Shown here: in pieces, positions 40,755 to 52,428 of the stretch
Numbering within the stretch: position 1 is the stretch's first letter
Layout of the letters: each line of letters begins with the position of its first letter
Assembly (NCBI GenBank): GCA_034101145.1
Contig: JAXEKG010000007.1
Location: 17,473 to 81,472, forward strand
Direction: 5' to 3'
Origin: Eubacteriales bacterium
GTDB taxonomy: Bacteria; Bacillota; Clostridia; Oscillospirales; CAG-272
DNA: 64,000 bases
Program-made: the position numbers and the translations under genes
The notes under the pieces: generated by a model
The model's input: only the letters and a program-made list of their open reading frames with translations
What the model was told of the DNA's origin: nothing
Database searches by the model: none

Positions 40755-40792
40755 GCCGGGTATACGGAGTATTTCGTATACCCGGTTTTTTT
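40755..40792 (+). terminator. gap terminator
   Basis: ccgggtatacg...cgtatacccgg plus T run. Confidence 0.85.
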
Positions 40793-40828
40793 GTTTTCGA
40801 CTTATATGTTAATTTACTCTCATTATTA

Positions 40829-40857
40829 TTGACAAAAACTTACGTATATTGTATAAT
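40829..40857 (+). promoter_or_regulatory. Consensus sigma-A promoter
   Basis: TTGACA-17-TATAAT. Confidence 0.85.
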
Positions 40858-40974
40858 TAGCGTATATCGAAAAAGAAATTTACATTTGCTTTTTCGTTTT
40901 TGTCTGCCTTTTTACGATATAGTAAATATGTTTTATAACGGATATGCCATTACATATCCGTCACGGAGGATAAT

Positions 40975-42663
40975 ATGAAAAAAGCGAAAACAGAGAGAAT
41001 ATATACACCGGCTAAGAACATGAAGCATTATGTATCGCTTCTGGCCGCTTTCGGAGATAAAACGTTATATAGATATTACGTCGGCAAGGACATTGTCGAT
41101 ATGAGTTACGGTGAGTTTGCCGACAAGGTTATGAATCTGGCGGCGGGATTTTCCGCTATCGGACTTGCGGGAAAAAGAGTCGCGGTTGTAGGCGAGACAT
41201 CGTATCAGTGGGTTGCCTCCGATATTGCCGCCATTGCCGGGGGAGGCGTTGCCATACCGCTCGACAAGGAGCTCAAAATAGAGGAGCTCGCAGGCTTTCT
41301 TAAAATAAGCGATGCGGATGCAATAGTTTATTCAAAGACGTTCAATGAAGAGTTTGCCGACCTGATTGCAAATAACGAGCGCAAAATGATTTTTATTCCC
41401 ATTGAAGCGGACACGGAGTCCGATTTCGTCATTCCGTTCGATAAGGTTATTGAAAAAGGCAAAAAAGTGCGCGAGGGAGGATTTGAACTTCCGGACACCG
41501 AGGACCCCAACCGACTCGCCACTATGCTGTTTACATCCGGAACAACAGGCTCGAGCAAGTGCGTTATGCTATCTGAAAAGAATATATATTCGAGCTTCAA
41601 TGCGGCGTGCGAGTGCGTTGAGTTTTTTCCCGATGACACCATAGTTTCCGTCCTTCCGCTGCATCACACGTACGAGCTCTGCGTTATGCTGGCGGCAATG
41701 AATTACGGTATGACCGTATGTATAAACGATTCTCTCAAACGTGTGCTCAAGAACTTCGGAGTATTTAAGCCGACCGGTCTTGTCCTCGTTCCTCTTTTCA
41801 TAAACACTATGTATAAGAAGATATTCTCCGAGGCGGAGAAGCAGGGAAAGGCCGGCGCGCTTAAATTTCTGATAAAGTTCTCACGCGGACTCAGAAAAAT
41901 CGGCATAGACATGAGAGAAAAATTATTTGCATCGGTGCGTGCTCCGTTCGGCGGTCGCCTGGTTAAGATTATCAGCGGAGGTGCACCGCTCAATCCCGAA
42001 ATGGTAAAATGCTTCGATGAGTTCGGAATACAGATATGCGAGGGCTACGGCATAACGGAATGTTCACCGCTCGTATCGGTTAACCCGTATTTCATGCGGA
42101 AGCTCTCCTCCGTGGGCCCGACAGTCAACAGCTGCGTTGCAAAAATCGACGGTACCGATAAAAACGAAAAGGGATACGTCAGCGGAGAAATACTTGTTCG
42201 CGGCAGCAACGTCATGCTCGGATATTACAACAACGACGAAGAAAACGCGAAGGTGTTCACCAAGGACGGTTATTTCAGAACCGGTGATATAGGCTATATG
42301 GATGAGGACGGATACATATTTATTACGGGAAGAAAAAAGTCTGTCATCGTTCTCGAAAACGGCAAAAACGTATTCCCAGAGGAGATAGAAGAGTATCTTG
42401 AAGGTGTCGATAGCATAGCCGAGAGCGTGGTATGCGGAAGAACCAACGAAAACGGAGAGGTTATAGTTACCGCAATATGTTACCCCGCATACGATAAGCT
42501 CGACGGACTCAACGATGAGGAAATAGAGGCGAAGATAAAGAGTGATATCGACAGGCTCAACAAACACATTGTCGGTTTCAAACGGATTCGCGACGTTGAA
42601 ATAAGAACGGAAGAATTTGAAAAAACCACTTCAAAAAAGATAAAGAGGCACCTTGTAAAATAA
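40975..42663 (+). CDS. Long-chain acyl-CoA synthetase (AMP-binding)
   Basis: 'FTSGTTG', 'SGGAPL', 'GYGITE', 'FRTGDIG', 'GKNVFPEEIE'. Confidence 0.92.
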   Translation: MKKAKTERIYTPAKNMKHYVSLLAAFGDKTLYRYYVGKDIVDMSYGEFADKVMNLAAGFSAIGLAGKRVAVVGETSYQWVASDIAAIAGGGVAIPLDKELKIEELAGFLKISDADAIVYSKTFNEEFADLIANNERKMIFIPIEADTESDFVIPFDKVIEKGKKVREGGFELPDTEDPNRLATMLFTSGTTGSSKCVMLSEKNIYSSFNAACECVEFFPDDTIVSVLPLHHTYELCVMLAAMNYGMTVCINDSLKRVLKNFGVFKPTGLVLVPLFINTMYKKIFSEAEKQGKAGALKFLIKFSRGLRKIGIDMREKLFASVRAPFGGRLVKIISGGAPLNPEMVKCFDEFGIQICEGYGITECSPLVSVNPYFMRKLSSVGPTVNSCVAKIDGTDKNEKGYVSGEILVRGSNVMLGYYNNDEENAKVFTKDGYFRTGDIGYMDEDGYIFITGRKKSVIVLENGKNVFPEEIEEYLEGVDSIAESVVCGRTNENGEVIVTAICYPAYDKLDGLNDEEIEAKIKSDIDRLNKHIVGFKRIRDVEIRTEEFEKTTSKKIKRHLVK

Positions 42664-42679
42664 CGGTGCGTTGCATAGT

Positions 42680-43822
42680 ATGAAAAAGGAAAAGAAAAAC
42701 GGGAAAATAAAAACGGGCGGCGTCAAAGAGAATAAACGCAATAAAGAGCCCGGCGCCGAAAAAACAAAGAGAAAAAACTATATTCTCAATGAGATACGCG
42801 GTATATATCTCGTATCAAAGCGCAGAAGGTCCTCCTTTGTCGTTCGTATTTTGCTGATTACCATCGTCCTTGCAATTGCCGTTCTGCAGGCGTTTAACGC
42901 CAACTATGAGAGCTGCATGGTATGCGTGTATGCGTTTGTATTGTTTATGCTACCGCCGTTTGTGGAGAAAAATTTCGGATTTTCACTGCCCATGCCTCTC
43001 GAAATACTGATACTTTTCTTTATTTTCGCCGCGGAAATCATAGGCGAGATAATGGGCGGATATCAAAAGTTCCCCGGGTGGGACGTCATGCTTCACGCAA
43101 TAAACGGATTCACCTGCTCTGCAATAGGCTTTGCTCTTCTTGACATGTTCAACCGCAACAGGCAGGAAAAGTTCAAGCTGCCGCCGATGTTTCTTACCCT
43201 GGTGGCATTCTGCTTTTCCATGACAATCGGAGTTTTATGGGAATTCTTCGAGTTTTCCGTAGATTTTATACTCAATATGGATATGCAGAAGGATACGTGG
43301 ATTGCTACGATAAGCTCTGTTGAGCTGACTTCGGTCAAGGGCTCTGCCGCGAGGACGGGCATCTTCTCCGATATTATCGAGACGTGGATAAAAACCGCGG
43401 ACGGTAGATTCACCCGTATAAATCCGACCGATGCTAACGGAAATGTTGTCGCGGGATATCTTGACGTAGGTCTTATAGATACGATGAAGGATTTGTTCGT
43501 TAACTTTATCGGTGCAGTTGCATTCAGCATCATAGGATATATCTATGTAAAAACGCGCAAGTTCAGATTTGCTGAGTATTTTATCCCGACCGTAAAGTCA
43601 AAAACCGAAATGGAAGTGGATAAAGAAAGGCTCGACTATGAGCTTAACAGAAAGCGCATAGAGCAGGAGGAGAGGGACCGAATAGTAAGGTCTCTTGTTG
43701 CCAAATCCGCCGATGATACCGACACGCAGAATACTGAGGTTTTTGAGCCTGCCGACGAAGAAAAAAGTTGCGACGGTGATATCTGCACGGAAATTGACAA
43801 TGAAAATAAAAAAGGAATTTGA
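42680..43822 (+). CDS. Membrane protein of unknown function
   Basis: Multiple TM segments; 'WDVMLH', 'GVLWEFFEF', 'DTMKDLFVN'. Confidence 0.75.
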   Translation: MKKEKKNGKIKTGGVKENKRNKEPGAEKTKRKNYILNEIRGIYLVSKRRRSSFVVRILLITIVLAIAVLQAFNANYESCMVCVYAFVLFMLPPFVEKNFGFSLPMPLEILILFFIFAAEIIGEIMGGYQKFPGWDVMLHAINGFTCSAIGFALLDMFNRNRQEKFKLPPMFLTLVAFCFSMTIGVLWEFFEFSVDFILNMDMQKDTWIATISSVELTSVKGSAARTGIFSDIIETWIKTADGRFTRINPTDANGNVVAGYLDVGLIDTMKDLFVNFIGAVAFSIIGYIYVKTRKFRFAEYFIPTVKSKTEMEVDKERLDYELNRKRIEQEERDRIVRSLVAKSADDTDTQNTEVFEPADEEKSCDGDICTEIDNENKKGI

Positions 43823-44050
43823 TTAAGAGGTTACCCGTTCGTGGATATTCGTTTCCGCTTGAAAACGAATATTAAGCGACAGCGTCTTTATGTTATTTAC
43901 CGCTGTCTCGCACGCCGTTCGGGTTTCCTTTTTCTCTTATTTGTCCGTATATGTTGACTTCCGATTATATGTGTGTTATACTGTGTAACAATGTGAACCG
44001 ATAAAAATTAAGTCACAGTATCAAATTCAGTGCTTTACCGAAGGTGAAAA

Positions 44051-45430
44051 ATGGATTTGCCAACAGCTTTTCTTGACAGAATGAAGAATTTGCTCGGAGA
44101 TTTATTCCCCGATTTTCTTGCCGCTTCCGAAAAAAAAGCAGTGAGGGGTCTCAGGGTAAATCCACTCAAAATGAACTGCGACACGTTTGAAAGAGTCGTT
44201 GGGTTCGGGTGTGATAAAATCCCATACGTTCATGGCGGTTATACTTTTGACTTTGACGGTATAGGAAGAAGCCCTCTTCATCATAGCGGGGCGATATACG
44301 TGCAGGAACCTGCAGCTATGGCAGTTATGGAGTCTCTCGATATCGGTGCTGACTTCAATGTCCTCGATATGTGCGCCTCACCGGGAGGCAAGAGTATGCA
44401 GGCGGCATCAAAGAATACAAACGGTATAATCGTTTCTAACGAGTATGTCGGTGCACGTGCACAGATTTTGTTGCAGAATGCTGAGCGTCTCGGTCTCAGA
44501 AATTCGATAATAACTTCTCTGGACAGCAGAGATATTGCGGACTTTTATCCCGATACGTTCGACCTCACTGTTGTTGATGCCCCTTGCTCGGGAGAGGGTA
44601 TGATGAGAAAAAGCGAAACCGCAGTTTCCGAATGGAGCGAGGATAACGTGAGAAATTGCGCCGAGAGGCAGAAGTACATCCTCGACAATGCGGCAAAAAC
44701 TGTAAAAAGAGGCGGGTTCCTTTTATATTCAACGTGTACGTATTCTCTCGAAGAGAACGAGATGACGGTTGACGCTTTTCTTTGCGAGCATCGCGAATTT
44801 TCTATTATCGACGTAAATCGGAAGGTAAAGGAATATTCATCCGACGGCATTGAATTTGACGGATGTAAAAGCAAGGATATTCGGAAATGCCGTCGCTTTT
44901 ATGCGGGAATCAATGCGGGAGAGGGACAGTTTATCGCACTTATGAGTAAGGACTCCGACGTCGGAAACGTACAACCGCCGAAGAAAAATACGTATTGCAA
45001 CAAGGGAGAGCAACGTATTCTGAACGTTGCCCGTGAGTTTATTGAAGAAAACACAGTAAGTTTTGATTTTGATAGATTTTTGCTTTCAATTCGTTCCGAC
45101 GGAATATATATAGCGCCACGCTTTGAAGTGATGAGAGCAGGAGTTGTTTCTTTGGGAGTTAAACTCGGAGAAGAGAGAAAAGGAAGAATCATACCGCATC
45201 ACCGTTTTTTCATGGCTTTCGGATCTGATTTCATACGCAAGGTCGATTTGGCTGACGGGAAAGTTTTCGGAGAAGGTGCGGCACAAAAATATATTCACGG
45301 TGATACGTTGCCGTTTGACGGCGAGGACGGTTTTTATGCGGTTACCTGGAACGGCGCAACCCTCGGAGGAGGCAAGGCGTCGGGGGGTGTTATGAAAAAT
45401 CATTACCCAAAGGGACTGCGCAATCCATAA
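44051..45430 (+). CDS. RsmF/NOL1/NOP2 family rRNA m5C methyltransferase
   Basis: 'YVQEPAAM', 'DMCASPGGKS', 'VDAPCSGEGM', 'YSTCT', 'KNHYPKGLR'. Confidence 0.94.
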   Translation: MDLPTAFLDRMKNLLGDLFPDFLAASEKKAVRGLRVNPLKMNCDTFERVVGFGCDKIPYVHGGYTFDFDGIGRSPLHHSGAIYVQEPAAMAVMESLDIGADFNVLDMCASPGGKSMQAASKNTNGIIVSNEYVGARAQILLQNAERLGLRNSIITSLDSRDIADFYPDTFDLTVVDAPCSGEGMMRKSETAVSEWSEDNVRNCAERQKYILDNAAKTVKRGGFLLYSTCTYSLEENEMTVDAFLCEHREFSIIDVNRKVKEYSSDGIEFDGCKSKDIRKCRRFYAGINAGEGQFIALMSKDSDVGNVQPPKKNTYCNKGEQRILNVAREFIEENTVSFDFDRFLLSIRSDGIYIAPRFEVMRAGVVSLGVKLGEERKGRIIPHHRFFMAFGSDFIRKVDLADGKVFGEGAAQKYIHGDTLPFDGEDGFYAVTWNGATLGGGKASGGVMKNHYPKGLRNP

Positions 45431-45499
45431 TTTTTCGGGCAGTGTTATATACTGAAGTTTGAAATGTATGAATACTAATCATTGACAGGAGAGTTTATT

Positions 45500-46156
45500 A
45501 TGAGTATGCAGGATAAGAAAATCATTTTTCTCGGGGACAGTATTACGGCGGGAGTCGGCGCGAGTTGCGTCGATAAAAGATATGAGAGTTTGGTAACGAA
45601 AGCTCTCGGATGCAAGACGCTTAATTACGGTATCAGCGCTACGAGAATTGCAAATCAGAAGGGAGAGCCCATGTACGGGCCGTCGTATAGTCAAAGGTTT
45701 TCTCAGATGGAGGACGGGGCGGATATAGTTTTCGTTTTCGGCGGTACGAACGATTACGGACACGGCGATGCCCCCATCGGGACTCCCGAAGACAAAACTC
45801 CGGATACCTTCTACGGTGCTTGCGACTACCTTTTTTCCGGTCTTATAAAGAAGTATCCGAATGCGCTCATAGCAATAATGACACCGATGCACCGTGAGGG
45901 AGAAAATGTTCCAAACAAGAACGGAGCAATACTTAAAACCTACGTTGACATAATAAGAAACACGGCGGAGAAATACAGTTTGCCCGTGCTCGACCTCTGG
46001 AAAAACTTAGGGATATATCCTGACATTGCACAGAGCAAAGCGGCGCTTACCGCCGACGGACTTCATCCGAATGATGCGGGACACAGGATGATAGCAGAGA
46101 GAGTTCTCGGATTCCTGTTTTCCATGGGCTACGATGTAGGAAATGTTGAGATATAA
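45500..46156 (+). CDS. SGNH/GDSL hydrolase
   Basis: 'FLGDSIT', 'FGGTND', 'DGLHPN'. Confidence 0.92.
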   Translation: MSMQDKKIIFLGDSITAGVGASCVDKRYESLVTKALGCKTLNYGISATRIANQKGEPMYGPSYSQRFSQMEDGADIVFVFGGTNDYGHGDAPIGTPEDKTPDTFYGACDYLFSGLIKKYPNALIAIMTPMHREGENVPNKNGAILKTYVDIIRNTAEKYSLPVLDLWKNLGIYPDIAQSKAALTADGLHPNDAGHRMIAERVLGFLFSMGYDVGNVEI

Positions 46157-46198
46157 TTCAATTAAGGGAAATTTCCGTCAGAAACGGAGGTATGATTT

Positions 46199-46831
46199 TT
46201 GTTACTCAGAGGAAAGAAAATCGTCGTTATCGGTGACAGTATTACGGAGGGGGTAGGGGCAAGCTCCCCAGAAAAAAGATTTACCGACGTCCTCGCAAGC
46301 CTTATCGGAGCTGACGTTTACAACTACGGGATAGGGGGAACCGGCTTTGGGGTGGTAAGCAAAACGGGAGGAGTTTTCGCAGACAGATGCAGAACGGTTC
46401 CGAATGATGAAAACGTTGTCGATATTATTATCGTGTTCGGAGGTACTAACGACTTTGCACAGTCGAAGCTCGGCATGGGAAATGACGGTGAGTGCGGTAA
46501 TTTCTCCGTTATCGGAGGGATGACGGAAGTTTTTACAACGTTAAAGAAAAGATTTCCGCGGGCCCTTGTGATTGCGGTTTCTCCTTTGCGCAGGCAGACG
46601 GAGACTGTCTGTAATTACATATCCGGATACGACCTTGATGCGATTTACCGCGCTTTGAAATCGGTATGCGAGAAAATGTCGGTGCCTATGCTCGATTTGT
46701 ATTCCGGTGGAAATATGTATGCAAGAATAGACGAAAGGAACAAAGCGTATTTTACCGACGGGCTTCATCCGAATGATTTGGGGCACAGGCTTATAGCGGA
46801 GAGGATAGCGGGTTTTCTCAGAGTGCTTTGA
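46199..46831 (+). CDS. SGNH/GDSL hydrolase (paralog)
   Basis: 'IGDSIT', 'FGGTND', 'DGLHPN'. Confidence 0.9.
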   Translation: MLLRGKKIVVIGDSITEGVGASSPEKRFTDVLASLIGADVYNYGIGGTGFGVVSKTGGVFADRCRTVPNDENVVDIIIVFGGTNDFAQSKLGMGNDGECGNFSVIGGMTEVFTTLKKRFPRALVIAVSPLRRQTETVCNYISGYDLDAIYRALKSVCEKMSVPMLDLYSGGNMYARIDERNKAYFTDGLHPNDLGHRLIAERIAGFLRVL

Positions 46832-46837
46832 CGTAAT

Positions 46838-47521
46838 ATGTTATGGGAGGAAGATAAGTTGGAAATCAAAAAATACAAGGCAATATTTTTCGATGTTGAC
46901 GGTACACTGGTGAATTCAGCCCCGGGAATAATCAACGGGGTTATTTATACGTTGAAAAAATACGGAATAGAGCCTCCCGACGACCCTCAAAGCCTTACAT
47001 GCTTCATTGGTCCGCCTCTTCGTGAGAGTTTTTCAAAATATTACAATATAGACGAGAGCAGATTTCTCGAAGTGGAGGGCGTATTCCGCGAGTATTATGA
47101 CGTTAAGGGCATATTTGAATGCAGTATGTATACCGGCACGAAACGGATGTTAAGGCATCTGAAAGAATCGGGGAAAACGCTCGCGATAGCATCTTCAAAG
47201 CCGATGAGACACGTGTCCAGAATTCTCGAACGGTTCGGAATCGATAAGTGCTTTGATTACGTAGGGGCGGCATATATAGAAAAGGGAATATACGAGAAGG
47301 ATGATATCATACGACGTGCCGTAACGTCGCTGGGATTATCACCGCAGGAGTGCCTGATGGTCGGTGACAGGCTATACGATATAGAGGGTGCGCACAAGTC
47401 CGGAATGGACTGCGCATGCGTGCTCTACGGCTTCGGCTCCGAGCGGGAATTTGAAGAATACGGGGCTGATTATATCTTCGGAAAGGTAAGTGAGCTCGAG
47501 AATTTTCTTTTAGAGCATTGA
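46838..47521 (+). CDS. HAD family hydrolase (phosphoglycolate phosphatase/5'-nucleotidase-like)
   Basis: 'FDVDGTL', 'FIGPPL', 'MVGDRLYDI'. Confidence 0.9.
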   Translation: MLWEEDKLEIKKYKAIFFDVDGTLVNSAPGIINGVIYTLKKYGIEPPDDPQSLTCFIGPPLRESFSKYYNIDESRFLEVEGVFREYYDVKGIFECSMYTGTKRMLRHLKESGKTLAIASSKPMRHVSRILERFGIDKCFDYVGAAYIEKGIYEKDDIIRRAVTSLGLSPQECLMVGDRLYDIEGAHKSGMDCACVLYGFGSEREFEEYGADYIFGKVSELENFLLEH

Positions 47522-47641
47522 TTCTGTCGGAAAACGGTTAGATAAGCTGTTTACGGCGAAAATGACTCCGTGAATCAAAAACTGATATTGCCATTTATAT
47601 GCTTAAAATATAAATAATAGGGAAAAATATTTGAAAAACAC

Positions 47642-47671
47642 TTGACAAGCATTGCTTGTTAGTGATAAAAT
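47642..47671 (+). promoter_or_regulatory. str operon promoter
   Basis: TTGACA-18-TAAAAT. Confidence 0.7.
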
Positions 47672-47794
47672 AAACTGCGTGGCGTGTAATGGGATAATTA
47701 TGCCTTTTTACATTTTATACGCAACAGATTTCAGCTTATATATGCGGTTATCCGCTGTATATAAACATTATAATTCCAAAGAAGGAGGAAAAGT

Positions 47795-48208
47795 ATGCCA
47801 ACCTTTAATCAGCTCGTTAAGAATGGCAGAACCAAGTCTGAGTACAAGTCAAAGGCGCCTGTTCTTCAAAAGGGTTTTAACTCCATAAAGAATGCACAGA
47901 CCGACCTTAGCTCACCTCAGAAGAGAGGCGTCTGCACAAAGGTTACTACGACCAGCCCGAAGAAGCCGAACTCCGCACTTCGTAAGATAGCGAGAGTAAG
48001 ACTTACAAACGGACTTGAGGCTACAACCTACATTCCCGGTATCGGACATAACCTGCAGGAGCACTCGGTTGTTCTTATCAGAGGCGGACGTGTTCGTGAC
48101 CTGCCAGGTTGCCGTTACCACATAATCCGTGGTACACTGGATGCGCAGGGGGTTGCCAACCGTAAGCAGGGCCGTTCCAAGTACGGAGCAAAGCGCCCGA
48201 AGAAGTAA
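47795..48208 (+). CDS. rpsL: 30S ribosomal protein S12
   Basis: 'MPTFNQLV', '[10 protein letters not shown]', 'GHNLQEHS'. Confidence 0.98.
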   Translation: MPTFNQLVKNGRTKSEYKSKAPVLQKGFNSIKNAQTDLSSPQKRGVCTKVTTTSPKKPNSALRKIARVRLTNGLEATTYIPGIGHNLQEHSVVLIRGGRVRDLPGCRYHIIRGTLDAQGVANRKQGRSKYGAKRPKK

Positions 48209-48360
48209 GCCGTACGGCTTGATGTGCCCGTCTTATTTGCTGTGATTATAAATGTTTATATATTTAGATTATTGCTTTGACGCGCACTGACGAACGGTAT
48301 GGAATATACCGTTTGAGTACCTATGAGTTCATAGTATTTTAATGAAGGAGGGAAGGAAAA

Positions 48361-48831
48361 GTGCCAAGAAGAGGTCAAATTTCCAAAAGAGACGTATTAC
48401 CGGATCCTATATATAATTCAAAGCTCGTAACAAAGCTCGTAAATAACATTATGTATGACGGTAAGAAAGGTGTCGCCCAGAAAATCGTTTACGATGCATT
48501 CGCAATCGTAGAAGCAAAGCAGGGACAGAATCCCCTTGAAGTTTTCCAGGCTGCACTCGAGAACGTAATGCCTGTGCTTGAGGTTAAGGCTCGCCGTATC
48601 GGCGGTTCAAACTATCAGGTACCTATGGAAGTCCGTGCTGAGCGCCGTCAGACGCTCGGTCTGCGTTGGCTTACATCTTTTGCAAGAACACGCGGAGAGA
48701 GAACTATGGCAGAGAGACTCGCAGCTGAAATAATTGATGCGAAGTCGGGACTCGGCGGAGCTTTCAAAAAGAAGGAAGAAACACATCGTATGGCAGAAGC
48801 CAACAAGGCTTTCGCTCATTACAAATTCTGA
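48361..48831 (+). CDS. rpsG: 30S ribosomal protein S7
   Basis: GTG start; 'MPRRG', '[11 protein letters not shown]'. Confidence 0.98.
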   Translation: MPRRGQISKRDVLPDPIYNSKLVTKLVNNIMYDGKKGVAQKIVYDAFAIVEAKQGQNPLEVFQAALENVMPVLEVKARRIGGSNYQVPMEVRAERRQTLGLRWLTSFARTRGERTMAERLAAEIIDAKSGLGGAFKKKEETHRMAEANKAFAHYKF

Positions 48832-48864
48832 TAAACTGTTAAAACAAGAGAAGGAGAAACAAAT

Positions 48865-50994
48865 ATGCCAAGAGAATATCCCCTCGAACGCACACGTAAT
48901 ATCGGTATCATGGCACACATCGATGCCGGTAAAACAACGACAACAGAGCGTATCTTGTTTTACACAGGTAAGACTCACCGCATAGGTGAAGTACACGACG
49001 GTTCCGCAACGATGGACTGGATGGTACAGGAGCAGGAGCGCGGTATCACGATTACGTCTGCCGCTACGACCTGTTACTGGGCTCCTACCCAGTATCATAA
49101 CGACCCTGCGGAGGCAAAGGCTCACACCTGCCGTATCAACATAATTGATACCCCCGGTCACGTTGACTTCACCGTTGAGGTTGAGAGGTCGCTCCGTGTG
49201 CTTGACGGTTCCGTAACCGTTCTTTGCGCAAAGGGCGGCGTTGAGCCGCAGTCTGAGACCGTATGGCGTCAGGCTGATAAATATGCCGTTCCGAGAATGG
49301 CATATGTAAACAAGATGGATATAACGGGAGCTAACTTCTACCGTGTCGTTGACATGATGAAGGAAAGACTCCATGCAAATGCAGTGCCGATTCAGCTTCC
49401 TATCGGAGCCGAGAGCTCATTCCGCGGAATCATCGACCTTATGGAGATGAAAGCGGATGTATATTACGATGACCTTGGTAAGGATATGAGAGTTGAGGAA
49501 ATTCCCGATGATATGAGGGAGAAGGCTCAGCAGTATCATGATGCAATGGTTGAATCCATCTGTGAGACAGACGAAGCTCTAATGGATAAGTTCTTCAATG
49601 AAGAGGAAATCACAGTTGGAGAGCTTAAGGCTGCCCTGAGAAAGGCTACCATAGCAAACCAGATAGTTCCCGTAGTATGCGGAACTTCATATAAGAACAA
49701 AGGCGTGCAGAAGTTACTCGATGCAATAATCGACTATATGCCTGCGCCTACCGATATACCCGCAATTAAGGGTGTAAATCCCGATACCGATGAGCCGGAC
49801 GAGCGTCATGCGTCCGATACAGAGCCTTTCTCGGCTCTGGCATTCAAGATAATGACAGACCCGTTTGTCGGTAAACTCTGCTTCTTCCGCGTTTACTCCG
49901 GAGTTGTAGAGAAGGGTACCGCCGTTTACAACTCATCTAAGGATAAGGAAGAGAGATTCGGACGTATTCTTCAGATGCATGCAAACGACAGAAAGGATAT
50001 AGACGCTTGTTACTCGGGCGATATCGCTGCTGCCGTCGGTGTTAAATATACCACGACCGGTGATACCTTCTGCGATGAGAAGCATCCTATCATCCTTGAA
50101 TCCATGGAATTCCCGGAGCCTGTTATCCGTGTAGCTATCGAGCCGAAAACAAAGGCAGGTCAGGAGAAGATGGGTATCGCTCTTGCAAAACTCGCAGAAG
50201 AGGACCCGACATTCAGAACCTACACCGATGAGGAAACCGGTCAGACTATCATCGCCGGAATGGGTGAGCTCCACCTCGAAATAATCGTCGACCGACTTCT
50301 CCGCGAATTCAAGGTTGAGGCAGACGTTGGTAACCCGCAGGTTGCGTACAAGGAAACTATACGCAAGGCTGTCGATCAGGAAACCAAGTATGCACGTCAG
50401 TCTGGCGGTAAAGGTCAGTACGGTCACGTTAAAATCAAGCTTGAGCCGAATGAACCCGGCAAGGGCTATGAGTTCATCAACTCCGTAACCGGAGGAGCAA
50501 TTCCGAAGGAATATATCCCTGCAGTTGATGCAGGTATTCAGGGTGCTATGCAGTGTGGTATCCTCGCAGGATACAACGTCGTTGACGTAAAGGTTACTCT
50601 TTACGACGGTTCTTACCACGAGGTCGACTCCTCGGAAATGGCGTTCAAGATTGCAGGTTCCATGGCCTTCAAGGAAGCTATGAGAAAGGCAAATCCCGTC
50701 CTCACCGAGCCTATCATGAAAGTAAGCGTTACTACCCCCGATGATTACATGGGCGACGTTATCGGCGACCTTAACTCCAGACGCGGAGCTATTGAGTCGA
50801 TGGAGCCTACCTCGGGAGGTCAGATGATTATAGCGAAGGTTCCGCTCTCCGAGATGTTCGGATATGCGACGGCTCTCCGTTCCAGAACACAGGGACGCGG
50901 AGTTTATACCATGGAGCCGAGTCACTTCCAGGAAGTTCCGAAGAGCATCCAGGATGAGATAATCAAGGCACGCGGAGTGAAGAGCGCAGACTGA
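48865..50994 (+). CDS. fusA: Elongation factor G
   Basis: '[15 protein letters not shown]', 'DTPGHVDF', 'GMGELHL'. Confidence 0.98.
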   Translation: MPREYPLERTRNIGIMAHIDAGKTTTTERILFYTGKTHRIGEVHDGSATMDWMVQEQERGITITSAATTCYWAPTQYHNDPAEAKAHTCRINIIDTPGHVDFTVEVERSLRVLDGSVTVLCAKGGVEPQSETVWRQADKYAVPRMAYVNKMDITGANFYRVVDMMKERLHANAVPIQLPIGAESSFRGIIDLMEMKADVYYDDLGKDMRVEEIPDDMREKAQQYHDAMVESICETDEALMDKFFNEEEITVGELKAALRKATIANQIVPVVCGTSYKNKGVQKLLDAIIDYMPAPTDIPAIKGVNPDTDEPDERHASDTEPFSALAFKIMTDPFVGKLCFFRVYSGVVEKGTAVYNSSKDKEERFGRILQMHANDRKDIDACYSGDIAAAVGVKYTTTGDTFCDEKHPIILESMEFPEPVIRVAIEPKTKAGQEKMGIALAKLAEEDPTFRTYTDEETGQTIIAGMGELHLEIIVDRLLREFKVEADVGNPQVAYKETIRKAVDQETKYARQSGGKGQYGHVKIKLEPNEPGKGYEFINSVTGGAIPKEYIPAVDAGIQGAMQCGILAGYNVVDVKVTLYDGSYHEVDSSEMAFKIAGSMAFKEAMRKANPVLTEPIMKVSVTTPDDYMGDVIGDLNSRRGAIESMEPTSGGQMIIAKVPLSEMFGYATALRSRTQGRGVYTMEPSHFQEVPKSIQDEIIKARGVKSAD

Positions 50995-51124
50995 TACTGA
51001 TAAAAAGCGTATCTTTATTTCTTCCTCGCTATTATAGCATCGGAATAAAAGTGCTCTTTGAGCAAAAAACTACAAAAACAAAACCAAAATAAAATTATAA
51101 TTATAATTAAAGGAGAATATTACA

Positions 51125-52330
51125 ATGGCAAAGGCAAAGTTTGAAAAAACAAAACCCCATGTAAATATCGGTACCATCGGTCACGTTGACCACGGCAAGA
51201 CCACTCTTACCGCAGCTATCACAAAGTATCTTTCTCTCGGTAACGCCAATATCGAGTTCTTGGCATACGACCAGATCGATAATGCTCCCGAAGAGAGAGC
51301 AAGAGGTATTACAATCAATACCCGCCACGTTGAGTATGAAACAGCAAAGAGACACTATGCACACGTTGACTGCCCCGGCCACGCTGACTATGTAAAGAAC
51401 ATGATCACCGGTGCAGCTCAGATGGATGGTGCAATCCTCGTTGTTGCAGGAACCGACGGTCCTCTCCAGCAGACCCGTGAGCACGTTCTGCTCGCTCGTC
51501 AGGTTGGCGTTCCGGCTATCGTTGTATTCCTTAACAAATGCGATATCGTAGACGATGAAGAGCTTCTCGACCTTGTTGAAATGGAAGTTCGCGACCTTCT
51601 TTCTTCCTACGATTTCCCCGGCGACGATATTCCGATCATCCGCGGCTCTGCTCGTGTAGCGCTTGACTGTGCTTCCAAAGACCCGAATGCTCCCGAGTAT
51701 GCTTGCATTAAGGAGCTTATGGACGCAGTTGACGACTATATTCCTACTCCTGCAAGAAACGAAGATGCTCCGTTCCTTATGCCTGTCGAGGACGTATTCT
51801 CGATATCCGGACGTGGAACCGTTGCTACCGGCCGTGTAGAGCGTGGTGTTGTTAAGATGAACGATACCGTTGAAATCATCGGTCTTACCACTGAGAGAAA
51901 GTCTACTGTTATAACCGGCATCGAAATGTTCCATAAGACGATGGACTATGCTGAAGCAGGTGATAATATCGGTGCGCTTCTCCGTGGTATTCAGAAGAAT
52001 GAAATTGAGCGTGGTCAGGTTCTTTGTAAGCCCGGCACGATTCATCCTCACACCAAATTCGTAGGACAGGTTTACGTCCTCACCGAAAAGGAAGGCGGAC
52101 GTCAGAAGCCGTTCTTCGCAGGTTACAGACCTCAGTTCTTCTTCAGAACCACCGATGTTACCGGCGTTGTTGAACTTCCCGAAGGCGTTGAAATGTGCCG
52201 TCCCGGTGATAACGTCAACATGACTGTTGAGCTCATCACCCCTGTTGCTATTGAAAAGGGTCTTCGTTTCGCTATCCGTGAGGGTGGCAGAACCGTTGGT
52301 TCAGGCGTTGTATCCGAAATCATCGAGTAA
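51125..52330 (+). CDS. tuf: Elongation factor Tu
   Basis: 'GHVDHGKTT', '[20 protein letters not shown]'. Confidence 0.98.
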   Translation: MAKAKFEKTKPHVNIGTIGHVDHGKTTLTAAITKYLSLGNANIEFLAYDQIDNAPEERARGITINTRHVEYETAKRHYAHVDCPGHADYVKNMITGAAQMDGAILVVAGTDGPLQQTREHVLLARQVGVPAIVVFLNKCDIVDDEELLDLVEMEVRDLLSSYDFPGDDIPIIRGSARVALDCASKDPNAPEYACIKELMDAVDDYIPTPARNEDAPFLMPVEDVFSISGRGTVATGRVERGVVKMNDTVEIIGLTTERKSTVITGIEMFHKTMDYAEAGDNIGALLRGIQKNEIERGQVLCKPGTIHPHTKFVGQVYVLTEKEGGRQKPFFAGYRPQFFFRTTDVTGVVELPEGVEMCRPGDNVNMTVELITPVAIEKGLRFAIREGGRTVGSGVVSEIIE

Positions 52331-52350
52331 TTTCAATTTTGATGAAATTA

Positions 52351-52386
52351 AAACCGATATGCGATTTATTGCATATCGGTTTTTTA
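52351..52386. terminator. Bidirectional terminator after tuf
   Basis: aaaccgatatgc...gcatatcggtttttt. Confidence 0.85.
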
Positions 52387-52428
52387 TATAATTACAGCTG
52401 AAAAAGGTTATAGCATGACAGCGATAAT

